64,000 bases of DNA. It comes from the human T2T-CHM13v2.0 reference genome, Homo sapiens. The first letter of the stretch is position 1. Every line of letters begins with the position of its first letter. Shown here piece after piece: positions 1-14,229 of this stretch. The position numbers were made by a program, and so were the translations under genes. The stretch lies in NCBI RefSeq assembly GCF_009914755.1, contig NC_060937.1. The stretch is one strand, 5' to 3'. The notes beneath the pieces were generated by a model. It saw nothing but the letters and a program-made list of their open reading frames with translations, was not told the DNA's origin and made no database searches.

Positions 1-419
1 TAAAATGCCAAAGTACCCCAAATATATATTATATACTGTACATGCAATATCAAAGTTCACAAACTATATATTATATACTGTACATAAAATATCAAAGTAC
101 CGAAGGTATATATTCTATACTGTACAAAAAATATCAAAGTACGCAAAGCATGTATTATATACTGTACATAAAATATGAAAGTACATCAAATATATATTTT
201 ATTCTGTACATAAAATATCAAAGTACACCAAATATATATTCTATAGTGTACATAAAATATCAAATTACCCAAACTATACATTATATACTGTACATAAAAT
301 ATGAAATTACATCAAATATATATTATATTAGGTACATAAAATATGAAAGTACATCAAATATAGATTATATACTGTACATAAAATATCAAAGTACCCCAAA
401 TATATATTATATACTGTAC

Positions 420-797
420 ATGAAATATCAAAGTTCACAAACTATATATTATATACTGTACATAAAATATCAAAGTACCCAAGGTATATATTCTATACTG
501 TACAAAAAATATCAAAGTACCCAAAGCATGTATTATATACTGTACATAAAATATGAAAGTACATCAAATAAATATTTTATTCTGTACATAAAATATCAAA
601 GTACACCAAATATATATTCTATAGTGTACATAAAATATCAAATTACCCAAACTATACATTATATACTGTACATAAAATATGAAATTACATCAAATATATA
701 TTATATTAGGTACATAAAATATGAAAGTACATCAAATATAGATTATATACTGTACATAAAATATCAAAGTACCCCAAATATATATTATATACTGTAC
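420..797 (+). repeat. Representative canonical 378-bp 9-monomer higher-order repeat (HOR) unit
   Basis: Nine distinguishable monomers recur in fixed order. In translation shorthand: 1 MKYQSSQTIYYILY, 2 IKYQSTQGIYSILY, 3 KKYQSTQSMYYILY, 4 IKYESTSNIYFILY, 5 IKYQSTPNIYSIVY, 6 IKYQSTQTIHYILY, 7 IKYEITSNIYYIRY, 8 IKYESTSNIDYILY, 9 IKYQSTPNIYYILY. The monomer-1 ATG recurs at 42, 420, 798, 1176 and 1554, a spacing of 378. Confidence 0.95.
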
Positions 798-3700
798 ATG
801 AAATATCAAAGTTCACAAACTATATATTATATACTGTACATAAAATATCAAAGTACCCAAGGTATATATTCTATACTGTACAAAAAATATCAAAGTACCC
901 AAAGCATGTATTATATACTGTACATAAAATATGAAAGTACATCAAATAAATATTTTATTCTGTACATAAAATATCAAAGTACACCAAATATATATTCTAT
1001 AGTGTACATAAAATATCAAAGTACCCAAACTATGCATTATAAACTGTACATAAAATATGAAATTACATCAAATATATATTATATTATGTACATAAAATAT
1101 GAAAGTACATCAAATATAGATTATATACTGTACATGAAATACCAAAGTACCCCAAATAAATATTTTATACTGTACATGCAATATCAAAGTTCACAAACTA
1201 TATATTATATACTGTACATAAAATATCAAAGTACCCAAGGTATATATTCTATACTGTACAAAAAATATCAAAGTACCCAAAGCATGTATTATATACTGTA
1301 CATAAAATAAGAAAGTACATCAAATATATATTTTATTCTGTACATAAAATATCAAAGTACACCAAATATATATTCTATAGTGTACATAAAAAAACAAAGT
1401 ACCCAAACTATACATTATATACTGTACATAAAATATGAAATTACATCAAATATATATTATATTAGGTACATAAAATATGAAAGTAGATCAAATATAAATT
1501 ATATACAGTACATAAAATACCAAAGTAACCCAAATATATATTATATACTGTACATGCAATATCAAAGTTCACAAACTATATATCATATACTGTACATAAA
1601 ATATCAAAGTACCGAAGGTATATATTCTATACTGTACAAAAAATATCAAAGTACGCAAAGCATGTATTATATACTGTACATAAAATATGAAAGTACATCA
1701 AATATATATTTTATTCTGTACATAAAATATCAAAGTACACCAAATATATATTCTATAGTGTACATAAAATATCAAAGTACCCAAACTATACATTATATAC
1801 TGTACATAAAATATGAAACTACATCAAATATATATTATAATAGGTACATAAAATATGAAAGTACATCAAATATTAATTATATACTGTACATAAAATACCA
1901 AAGAACACCAAATATATATTATATACTGTACATGAAATATCAAAGTTCACAAACTATATATTATATACTGTATATAAAATATCAAAGTACCCAAGGTATA
2001 TATTCTGTACTGTATAAAAAATATCAAAGTACCCAAAGCATGTATTATATACTGTTCATAAAATATGAAAGTTCATCAAATATATATTTTATTCTGTACA
2101 TAAAATATCAAAGTACACCAAATATATATTCTATAGTGTACATAAAATATCAAAGTACCCAAACCATACATTATATACTGTACATAAAATATGAAATTAC
2201 ATCAAATATATATTATATTAGGTACATAAAATATGAAAGTACATCAAATATAGATTATATAGTGTACATAAAATACCAAAGTACCCAAATATATATTATA
2301 TACTGTACATGAAATATCAAAGTTCACAAACTATATATTATATACTGTACATAAAATATCAAGGTACCCAAGGTATATATTCTATACTCTACAAAAAATG
2401 TCAAAGTACCCAAAGCATGTATTATATACGGTACATAAAATATGAAAGTACATCAAATATATATTTAATTCTGTACATAAAATATCAAAGAACACCAAAT
2501 ATATATTCTATATTGTACAAAAAATATCAAAGTACCCAAAGCATGTATTATATACTGTACATAAAATATGAAATTACATCAAATATATATTTTATTCTGT
2601 ACATAAAATATCAAAGTACACCAAATATATATTCTATAGTGTACATAAAATATCAAAGTACCCAAACTATACATAATAATCTGTACATAAAATATGAAAT
2701 TACATCAAATATATACTATATTATGTACATAAAATATGAAAGTACATCAAATATAGATTATATGCTGTACATAAAATACCAAAGTACCCCAAATACATAT
2801 TTTATACTGTACATGCAATATCAAAGTTCACAAACTATATATTATATACTGTACATAAAATATCAAAGTACCAAAAGTATATATTCTATACTGTACAAAA
2901 AATATCAAAGTACCCAAAGCAAGTAGTATATACTGTACATAAAATATGAAAGTACATCAAATATATATTTTATTCTGTACATAAAATATCAAATTACACC
3001 AAATATATATTCTATAGTGTACATTAAATATCAAACTACCCAAACTATACATTATATACTGTACATAAAATATGAAATTACATCAAATATATATTATATT
3101 AGGTACATAAAATATGAAAGAACATCAAATATATATTATATACTGTACATAAAATACCAAAGTACCCCAAATATACATTATATACTGTACATGAAATATC
3201 AAAGTTCACAAACTATATATTATATACTGTACATAAAATATCAAAGTACCAAAGGTATATATTCTATACTCTACAAAAAATATCAAAGTACCCAAAGCAT
3301 GTATTATATACTGTACATAAAATATGAAAGTACATCAAATATATATTTTATTCTGTACATAAAATATCAAAGTACACCAAATATATATTCTATAGTGTAC
3401 ATAAAATATCAAAGTACCCAAACTGTACACTACATACTGTACATAAAATATGAAAGTACATCAAATATATATTATATACTGTACATAAAATACCAAAGTA
3501 CCCCAAATACATACTATATACTGTACATGAAATATCAAAGTTCACAAACTATATATTATATACTGTACATAAAATATCAAAGTATCAAAGGTGTATATTC
3601 TATACTGTACAAAAAATATCAAAGTACCCAAAGCATGTATTATATACTGTACATAAAATATGAAAGTACATCAAATATATATTTTATTCTGTACATAAAA

Positions 3701-4799
3701 TATCAAAGTACACCAAATATATATTCTACAGTTTACATAAAATATCAAAGTACCCAAACTATACATTATATACTGTACATAAAACATGAAATTACATCAA
3801 ATATATATTATATTAGGTACATAAAATATGAAAGTACATCAAATATAAATTATATACTGTACATAAAATACCAAAGTACCCCAAATATATATTATATACT
3901 GTACATGCAATATCAAAGTTCACAAACTATATATTATATACTGTACATAAAATATCAAAGTACCGAAGGTATATATTCTATACTCTACAAAAAATGTCAA
4001 AGTACGCAAAGCATGTATTATATACTGTACATAAAATATGAATGTACATCAAATATATATTTTATTCTGTACATAAAATATCAAAATACACCAAATATAT
4101 ATTCTATAGTGTACATAAAATATCAAAGTACCCAAACTATACATAATAATCTGTACATAAAATATGAAATTACATGAAATATATACTATATTATGTACAT
4201 AAAATATGAAAGTACATCAAATATAGATTATATACTGTACATAAAATACCAAAGTACCCCAAATACATATTTTATACTGTACATGCAATATCAAAGTTCA
4301 CAAACTATATATTATATACTGTACATAAAATATCAAAGTACCGAAAGTATATATTCTATACTGTACAAAAAATATCAAAGTACCCAAAGCATGTATTATA
4401 TTCTGTACATAAAATATGAAAGTACATCAAATATATATTTTATTCTGTACATAAAATATCAAAGTACACCAAATATATATTCTATAGTGTACATAAAATA
4501 TCAAAGTACCCAAACTGTACACTACATACTGTACATAAAATATGAAATTACATCAAATATATATTATATTAGGTACATAAAATATGAAAGTACATCAAAT
4601 ATAGATTATATACTGTACATAAAATACCAAAGTACCCCAAATACATATTATATACTGTACATGAAATATCAAAGTTCACAAACTATATATTATATACTGT
4701 ACATAAAATATCAAAGTACCGAAGGTATATATTCTATACTGTACAAAAAATATCAAAGTACCCAAAGCAAGTATTATATACTGTACATAAAATATGAAA

Positions 4800-7700
4800 G
4801 TACATCAAATATATATTTTATTCTGTACATAAAATATCAAAGTACACCAAATATATATTCTATAGTGTACATAAAATATCAAAGTACCCAAACTGTACAC
4901 TACATACTGTACATAAAATATGAAATTACATCAAATATATATTATATTAGGTACATAAAATATGAAAGTATATCAAATATACATTATATACTGTACATAA
5001 AATACCAAAGTACCCCAAATATATATTATATACTGTACATGAAATATCAAATTTCACAAACTATATATTATATACTGTACATAAAATATCAAAGTACCGA
5101 AGCTATATATTCTATACTGTAAAAAAATATCAAAGTACCCAAAGCATGTATTATATACTGTACATAAAATATGAAAGTACATCAAATATATATTTTATTC
5201 TGTACATAAAATATCAAAGTACACCAAATATATATTCTATAGTGTACATAAAATATCAAAGTACCCAAACTATACATTATATACTGTACATAAAATATGA
5301 AATTACATCAAATATATATTATATTAGGTACATAAAATATGAAAGTACATCAAATATAGATTATATACTGTACATAAAATACCAAAGTACCCCAAATACA
5401 TATTATATACTGTACATGCAATATCAAAGTTCACAAACTATATATTATATACTGTACATAAAATATCAAAGTACCCAAGGTATATATTCTATACTGTACA
5501 AAAAATATCAAAGTACCCAAAGCATGTATTATATACTGTACATAAAATATGAAAGTACATCAAATATATATTTTATTCTGTACATAAAATGTAAAAGTAC
5601 ACCAAATATATATTCTATAGTGTACATAAAATATCAAAGTACCCAAACTATACATTATATACTGTACATAAAATATGAAATTACATCAAATATATATTAT
5701 ATTAGGTACATAAAATATGAAAGTACATCAAATATAAATTATATACTGTATATAAAATACCAAAGAATCCCAAATATATATTATATACTGTACATGAAAT
5801 ATCAAAGTTCACAAACTATATATTATATACTGTATATAAAATATCAAAGTACCCAAGGTATATATTCTATACTGTACAAAAAATATCAAAGTACCCAAAG
5901 CATGTATTATATACTGTTCATAAAATATGAAAGTACATCAAATATATATTTTATTCTGTACATAAAATATCAAAGTACACCAAATATATATTCTATAGTG
6001 TACATAAAATATCAAAGTACCCAAACTATACATTATATACTGTACATAAAATATGAAATTACATCAAATATATATTATATTAGGAAAATAAAATATGAAA
6101 GTATATGAAATATATATTATATACTGTACATAAAATACCAAAGTACCCCAAATACATATTATATACTGTACATGAAATATCAAAGTTCACAAACTATATA
6201 TTATATACTGTACATAAAATATCAAAGTACCCATGGTACATATTCTATACTGTACAAAAAATATCAAAGTACCCAAAGCAAGTATTATGTACTGTACATA
6301 AAATATGAAAGTACATCAAATATATATTTTATTCTGTACATAAAATATCAAAGTACACCAAATATATATTCTATAGTTTACATAAAATATCAAAGTACCC
6401 AAACTATACATTATATACTGTACGTAAAATATGAAATTACATCAAATATATATTATATTAGGTACATAAAATATGAAAGTACATCAAATATAAATTTTAT
6501 ACTGCACATAAAATGCCAAAGTACCCCAAATATATATTATATACTGTACATGCAATATCAAAGTTCACAAACTATATATTATATACTGTACATAAAATAT
6601 CAAAGTACCGAAGGTATATATTCTATACTGTACAAAAAATATCAAAGTACGCAAAGCATGTATTATATACTGTACATAAAATATGAAAGTACATCAAATA
6701 TATATTACATTAGGTACATAAAATATGAAAGTATATCAAATATAAATTATATACTGTACATAAAATACCAAAGAACCCCAAATATATACTATATACTGTA
6801 CATGAAATATCAAAGTTCACAAACTATATATTATATACTGTACATAAAATGTCAAAGTACTGAAGGTATATATTCTATACTGTACAAAAAATATCAAAGT
6901 ACCCAAAGCAAGTATTATATACTGTACATAAAATATGAAAGTACATCAAATATGTATTTTATTCTGTACACAAAATATCAAAGTACACCAAATATATATT
7001 CTATAGTGTACATAAAATATCAAAGTACCCAAACTATACATTATATACTGTACATAAAATATGAAATTACATCAAATATATATTATATTAGGTACATAAA
7101 ATATGAAAGTACATCAAATATAGATTATATACTGTACATAAAATACCAAAGTACCCCAAATACATATTATATACTGTACATGCAATATCAAATTTCACAA
7201 ACTATATATTATATACTGTACATAAAATATCAAAGTACCGAAGGTATATATTCTATACTGTACAAAAAATATCAAAGTACCCAAAGCAAGTATTATATAC
7301 TGTACATAAAATATGAAAGTACATCAAATATATATTTTATTCTGTACATAAAATATCAAAGTACACCAAATATATATTCTATAGTGTACATAAAATATCA
7401 AAGTACCCAAACTGTACACTACATACTGTACAAAAAATATGAAATTACATCAAATATATATTATATTAGGTACATAAAATATGAAAGTACATCAAATATA
7501 GATTATATACTGTACATAAAATACCAAAGTACCCCAAATACATATTATATACTGTACATGAAATATCAAAGTTCACAAACTATATATTATATACTGTACA
7601 TAAAATATCAAAGTACCGAAGGTATATATTCTATACTGTACAAAAAATATCAAAGTACCCAAAGCAAGTATTATATACTGTACATAAAATATGAAAGTAC

Positions 7701-10655
7701 ATCAAATATATATTTTATTCTGTACATAAAATATCAAAGTACACCAAATATATATTCTATAGTGTACATAAAATATGAAATTACCCAAACTATACATTAT
7801 ATACTGTACATAAAATATGAAATTACATCAAATATGTATTATATTAGGTACATAAAATATGAAAGTACATCAAATATATATTATATACTGTACATAAAAT
7901 ACCAAAGTACCCCAAATATACATTATATACTGTACATGAAATATCAAAGTTCACAAACTATATATTATATACTGTACATAAAATATCAAAGTACCAAAGA
8001 TATATATTCTATACTCTACAAAAAATATCAAAGTACCCAAAGCATGTATTATATACTGTACATAAAATATGAAAGTACATCAAATATATATTTTATTCTG
8101 TACATAAAATATCAAAGTACACCAAATATATATTCTATAGTGTACATAAAATATCAAAGTACCCAAACGGTACACTACATACTGTACATAAAATATGAAA
8201 TTACATCAAATATATATTATATTAGGTACATAAAATATGAAAGTACATCAAATATACATTATATACTGTACATAAAATACCAAAGTACCCCAAATATATA
8301 TTATATACTGTACATGAAATATCAAATTTCACAAACTATATATTATATACTGTACATAAAATATCAAAGTACCGAAGCTATATATTCTATACTGTAAAAA
8401 AATATCAAAGTACCCAAAGCATGTATTATATACTGTACATAAAATATGAAAGTACATCAAATATATATTTTATTCTGTACATAAAATATCAAAGTACACC
8501 AAATATATATTCTATAGTGTACATAAAATATCAAAGTACCCAAACTATACATTATATACTGTACATAAAATATGAAATTACATCAAATATATATTATATT
8601 AGGTACATAAAATATGAAAGTACATCAAATATAGATTATATACTGTACATAAAATACCAAAGTACCCCAAATACATATTATATACTGTACATGCGATATC
8701 AAAGTTTACAAACTATATATTATATACTGTACATAAAATATCAAAGTACCCAAGGTATATATTCTATACTGTACAAAAACTATCAAAGTACCCAAAGCAT
8801 GTATTATATACTGTACATAAAATATGAAAGTACATCAAATATATATTTTATTCTGTACATAAAATGTAAAAGTACACCAAATATATATTCTATAGTGTAC
8901 ATAAAATATCAAAGTACCCAAACTATACATTATATACTGTACATAAAATATGAAATTACATCAAATATATATTATATTAGGTACATAAAATATGAAAGTA
9001 CATCAAATATAAATTATATACTGTATATAAAATACCAAAGAATCCCAAATATATATTATATACTGTACATGAAATATCAAAGTTCACAAACTATATATTA
9101 TATACTGTATATAAAATATCAAAGTACCCAAGGTATATATTCTATACTGTACAAAAAATATCAAAGTACCCAAAGCATGTATTATATACTGTTCATAAAA
9201 TATGAAAGTACATCAAATATATATTTTATTCTGTACATAAAATATCAAAGTACACCAAATATATATTCTATAGTGTACATAAAATATCAAAGTACCTAAA
9301 CTATACATTATATACTGTACATAAAATATGAAATTACATCAAATATATATTATATTAGGAAAATAAAATATGAAAGTATATGAAATATATATTATATACT
9401 GTACATAAAATACCAAAGTACCCCAAATACATATTATATACTGTACATGAAATATCAAAGTTCACAAACTATATATTATATACTGTACATAAAATATCAA
9501 AGTACCCATGGTACATATTCTATACTGTACAAACAATATCAAAGTACCCAAAGCAAGTATTATGTACTGTACATAAAATATGAAAGTACATCAAATATAT
9601 ATTTTATTCTGTACATAAAATATCAAAGTACACCAAATATATATTCTATAGTTTACATAAAATATCAAAGTACCCAAACTATACATTATATACTGTACAT
9701 AAAATATGAAATTACATCAAATATATATTATATTAGGTACATAAAATATGAAAGTACATCAAATATAAATTTTATACTGCACATAAAATGCCAAAGTACC
9801 CCAAATATATATTATATACTGTACATGCAATATCAAAGTTCACAAACTATATATTATATACTGTACATAAAATATCAAAGTACCGAAGGTATATATTCTA
9901 TACTGTACAAAAAATATCAAAGTACGCAAAGCATGTATTATATACTGTACATAAAATATGAAAGTACGTCAAATATATATTACATTAGGTACATAAAATA
10001 TGAAAGTATATCAAATATAAATTATATACTGTACATAAAATACCAAAGAACCCCAAATATATACTATATACTGTACATGAAATATCAAAGTTCACAAACT
10101 ATATATTATATACTGTACATAAAATGTCAAAGTACTGAAGGTATATATTCTATACTGTACAAAAAATATCAAAGTACCCAAAGCAAGTATTATATACTGT
10201 ACATAAAATATGAAAGTACATCAAATATGTATTTTATTCTGTACAAAAAATATCAAAGTACACCAAATATATATTCTATAGTGTACATAAAATATCAAAG
10301 TACCCAAACTATACATTATATACTGTACATAAAATATGAAATTACATCAAATATATATTATATTAGGTACATAAAATATGAAAGTACATCAAATATAGAT
10401 TATATACTGTACATAAAATACCAAAGTACCCCAAATACATATTATATACTGTACATGCAATATCAAATTTCACAAACTATATATTATATACTGTACATAA
10501 AATATCAAAGTACCGAAGGTATATATTCTATACTGTACAAAAAATATCAAAGTACCCAAAGCAAGTATTATATACTGTACATAAAATATGAAAGTACATC
10601 AAATATATATTTTATTCTGTACATAAAATATCAAAGTACACCAAATATATATTCT
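4800..10655. repeat. Segmental duplication within the array: ~4800-7380 copied at ~8075-10655 (offset 3275 bp = 78x42-1)
   Basis: ORF starts 5146/8421, 6105/9380 and 6172/9447 all differ by 3275. Shared rare variants are GAAGCTATA, the 1-bp deletion CTGTAAAAAAATAT, ATGTAAAAGT, AGAATCCC, TAGGAAAATA, CCATGGTACA and CTGCACATAAAATGCC. Confidence 0.85.
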
Positions 10656-10689
10656 ATAGTTTACATAAAATATCAAAGTACCCAAACTA

Positions 10690-13600
10690 TACATTATATA
10701 CTGTATATAAAATATGAAATTACATCAAATATATATTATATTAGGTACATAAAATATGAAAGTAAATCAAATATAAATTATATACTGTACATAAAATACC
10801 AAAGTACCCCAAATATATATTATATACTGTACATGCAATATCAAAGTTCACAAACTATATATTATATACTGTACATAAAATATCAAAGTACCGAAGGTAT
10901 ATATTCTATACTCTACAAAAAATATCAAAGTACGCAAAGCATGTGTTATATACTGTACATAAAATATGAATGTACATCAAATATATATTTTATTCTGTAC
11001 ATAAAATATCAAAGTACACCAAATATATATTCTATAGTGTACATAAAATATCAAAGTACCCAAACTATACATTATATACTGTACAAAAAATATGAAATTA
11101 CATCAAATATATATTATATTAGGTACATAAAATATGAAAGTACATCAAATATAGATTATATACTGTACATAAAATACCAAAGAACCCCAAATATATATTA
11201 TATACTGTACATGAAATATCAAAGTTCACAAACTATATATTATATACTGTACATAAAATATCAAAGTACCCAAGGTATATATTCTATACTGTACAAAAAA
11301 TATCAAAGTACCCAAAGCATGTATTATATACTGTTAATAAAATATGAAAATACATCAAATATATATTTTATTCTGTACATAAAATATCAAAGTACAACAA
11401 ATATATATTCTATAGTGTACATAAAATATCAAATTACCCAAACTATACATTATCTACTGTACATAAAATACGAAATTACATCAAATATATATTATATTAG
11501 GTACATAAAATATGAAAGTACATCAAATATAAATTATATACTGTACATAACATATCAAAGTACCCCGAATATATATTATATACTGTACATGAAATATCAA
11601 AGTTCACAAACTATATATTATATACTGTACATGAAATATCAAAGAACCCAAGGTATATATTCTATACTGTACAAAAAATATCAAAGTACCCAAAACATGT
11701 ATTATATAGTGTTCATAAAATATGAAAGTACATCAAATATATATTTTATACTCTACATAAAATATCAAACTACACCAAATATATATTCTATAGTGTACAT
11801 AAAATATCAAAGTACCCAAACTATACATTATATACTGTACATAAAATATGAAATTACATCAAATATATATTACATTAGGTACATAAAATATGAAAGTACA
11901 TCAAATATAGATTATATACTCTACATAAAATATCAAAGTACCACAAATATACATTATATAGTGTACATGAAATATCAAAGCTCACAAACTATATATTATA
12001 TACTGTACATAAAATATGAAATTACCCAATGTATATATTCTATATTGTACAAAAAATATCAAAGTACCCAAAGCATGTATTATATACTGTACATAAAATA
12101 TGAAAGTACATCAAATATATATTTTATTCTGTACATAAAATATCAAAGTACACCAAATATATATTCTATAGTGTACATAAAATATCAAAGTACCCAAACT
12201 ATACATTATATACTGTACATAAAATATGAAATTACATCAAATATATATTATATTAGGTACATAAAATATGAAAGTAAATCAAATATAAATTATATACTGT
12301 ACATAAAATACCAAAGTACCCCAAATATATATTATATACTGTACATGCAATATCAAAGTTCACAAACTATATATTATATACTCTACATAAAATATCAAAG
12401 TACCGAAGGTATATATTCTATACTCTACAAAAAATATCAAAGTACGCAAAGCATGTATTATATACTGTACATAAAATATGAATGTACATCAAATATATAT
12501 TTTATTCTGTACATAAAATATCAAAGTACACCAAATATATATTCTATAGTGTACATAAAATATCAAAGTACCCAAACTATACATTATATACTGTACAAAA
12601 AATATGAAATTACATCAAATATATATTATATTAGGTACATAAAATATGAAAGTACATCAAATATAGATTATATACTGTACATAAAATACCAAAGAACCCC
12701 AAATATATATTATATACTGTACATGAAATATCAAAGTTCACAAACTATATATTATATACTGTACATAAAATATCAAAGTACCCAAGGTATATATTCTATA
12801 CTGTACAATAAATATCAAAGTACCCAAAGCATGTATTATATACTGTTAATAAAATATGAAAATACATCAAATATATATTTTATTCTGTACATAAAATATC
12901 AAAGTACAACAAATATATATTCTATAGTGTACATAAAATATCAAATTACCCAAACTATACATTATCTACTGTACATAAAATACGAAATTACATCAAATAT
13001 ATATTATATTAGGTACATAAAATATGAAAGTACATCAAATATAAATTATATACTGTACATAACATATCAAAGTACCCCGAATATATATTATATACTGTAC
13101 ATGAAATATCAAAGTTCACAAACTATATATTATATACTGTACATGAAATATCAAAGAACCCAAGGTATATATTCTATACTGTACAAAAAATATCAAAGTA
13201 CCCAAAACATGTATTATATAGTGTTCATAAAATATGAAAGTACATCAAATATATATTTTATACTCTACATAAAATATCAAACTACACCAAATATATATTC
13301 TATAGTGTACATAAAATATCAAAGTACCCAAACTATACATTATATACTGTACATAAAATATGAAATTACATCAAATATATATTACATTAGGTACATAAAA
13401 TATGAAAGTACATCAAATATAGATTATATACTCTACATAAAATATCAAAGTACCACAAATATACATTATATAGTGTACATGAAATATCAAAGCTCACAAA
13501 CTATATATAATATACTGTACATAAAATATGAAATTACCCAATGTATATATTCTATATTGTACAAAAAATATCAAAGTACCCAAAGCATGTATTATATACT

Positions 13601-13710
13601 GTACATAAAATATGAAAGTACATCAAATATATATTTTATTCTGTACATAAAATATCAAAGTACACCAAATATATATTCTATAGTGTACATAAAATATCAA
13701 AGTACCCAAA
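10690..13710. repeat. Tandem duplication of a 1512-bp (4x378, 36-monomer) block
   Basis: Rare variants recur exactly 1512 bp apart: AGTAAATC 10761/12273, CTGTTAATAAAATATGAAAATAC 11331/12843 and ATTACCCAATGT 12021/13533. TATCTACTG, ATACGAAA, CCCCGAAT and AGCTCACA are also present in both copies. Confidence 0.9.
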
Positions 13711-14229
13711 CTATACATAATAATCTGTACATAAAATATGAAATTACATCAAATATATACTATATTATCTACATAAAATATGAAAGTACATCAAATATAG
13801 ATTATATACCGTACATAAAATACCAAAGTACCCCAAATACATATTTTATACTGTACATGCAATATCAAAGTTCACAAACTATATATAATATACTGTACAT
13901 AAAATATCAAAGTACCGAAAGTATATATTCTATACTGTACGAAAAATATTAAAGTACCCAAAGCATGTATTATATACTGTACATAAAATATGAAAGTACA
14001 TCAAATATATATTTTATTCTGTACATAAAATATCAAAGTACACCAAATATATATTCTATAGTGTATGTAAAATATCAAAGTACCCAAACTATACATTATA
14101 TACTGTACATAAAATATGAAATTACATCAAATATATATTATATTAGGTACATAAAATATGAAAGTACATCAAATATAAATTATATACTGTACATAAAATA
14201 CCAAAGAACCCCAAATACATATTATATAC

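Larger units (their letters stand above)
1..14200. repeat. Domain A: moderately heterogeneous 378-bp HOR patchwork with truncated or extended units and local duplications
   Basis: Typical variants are CATGCAATAT in monomer 1, AAAGCAAGTA in monomer 3, ACTGTACACTACATAC and ACATAATAATCTG. It includes a 12-mer (2309-2813), an 8-mer (3191-3527) and a 6-mer (6550-6802). The boundary is approximate. Confidence 0.7.
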
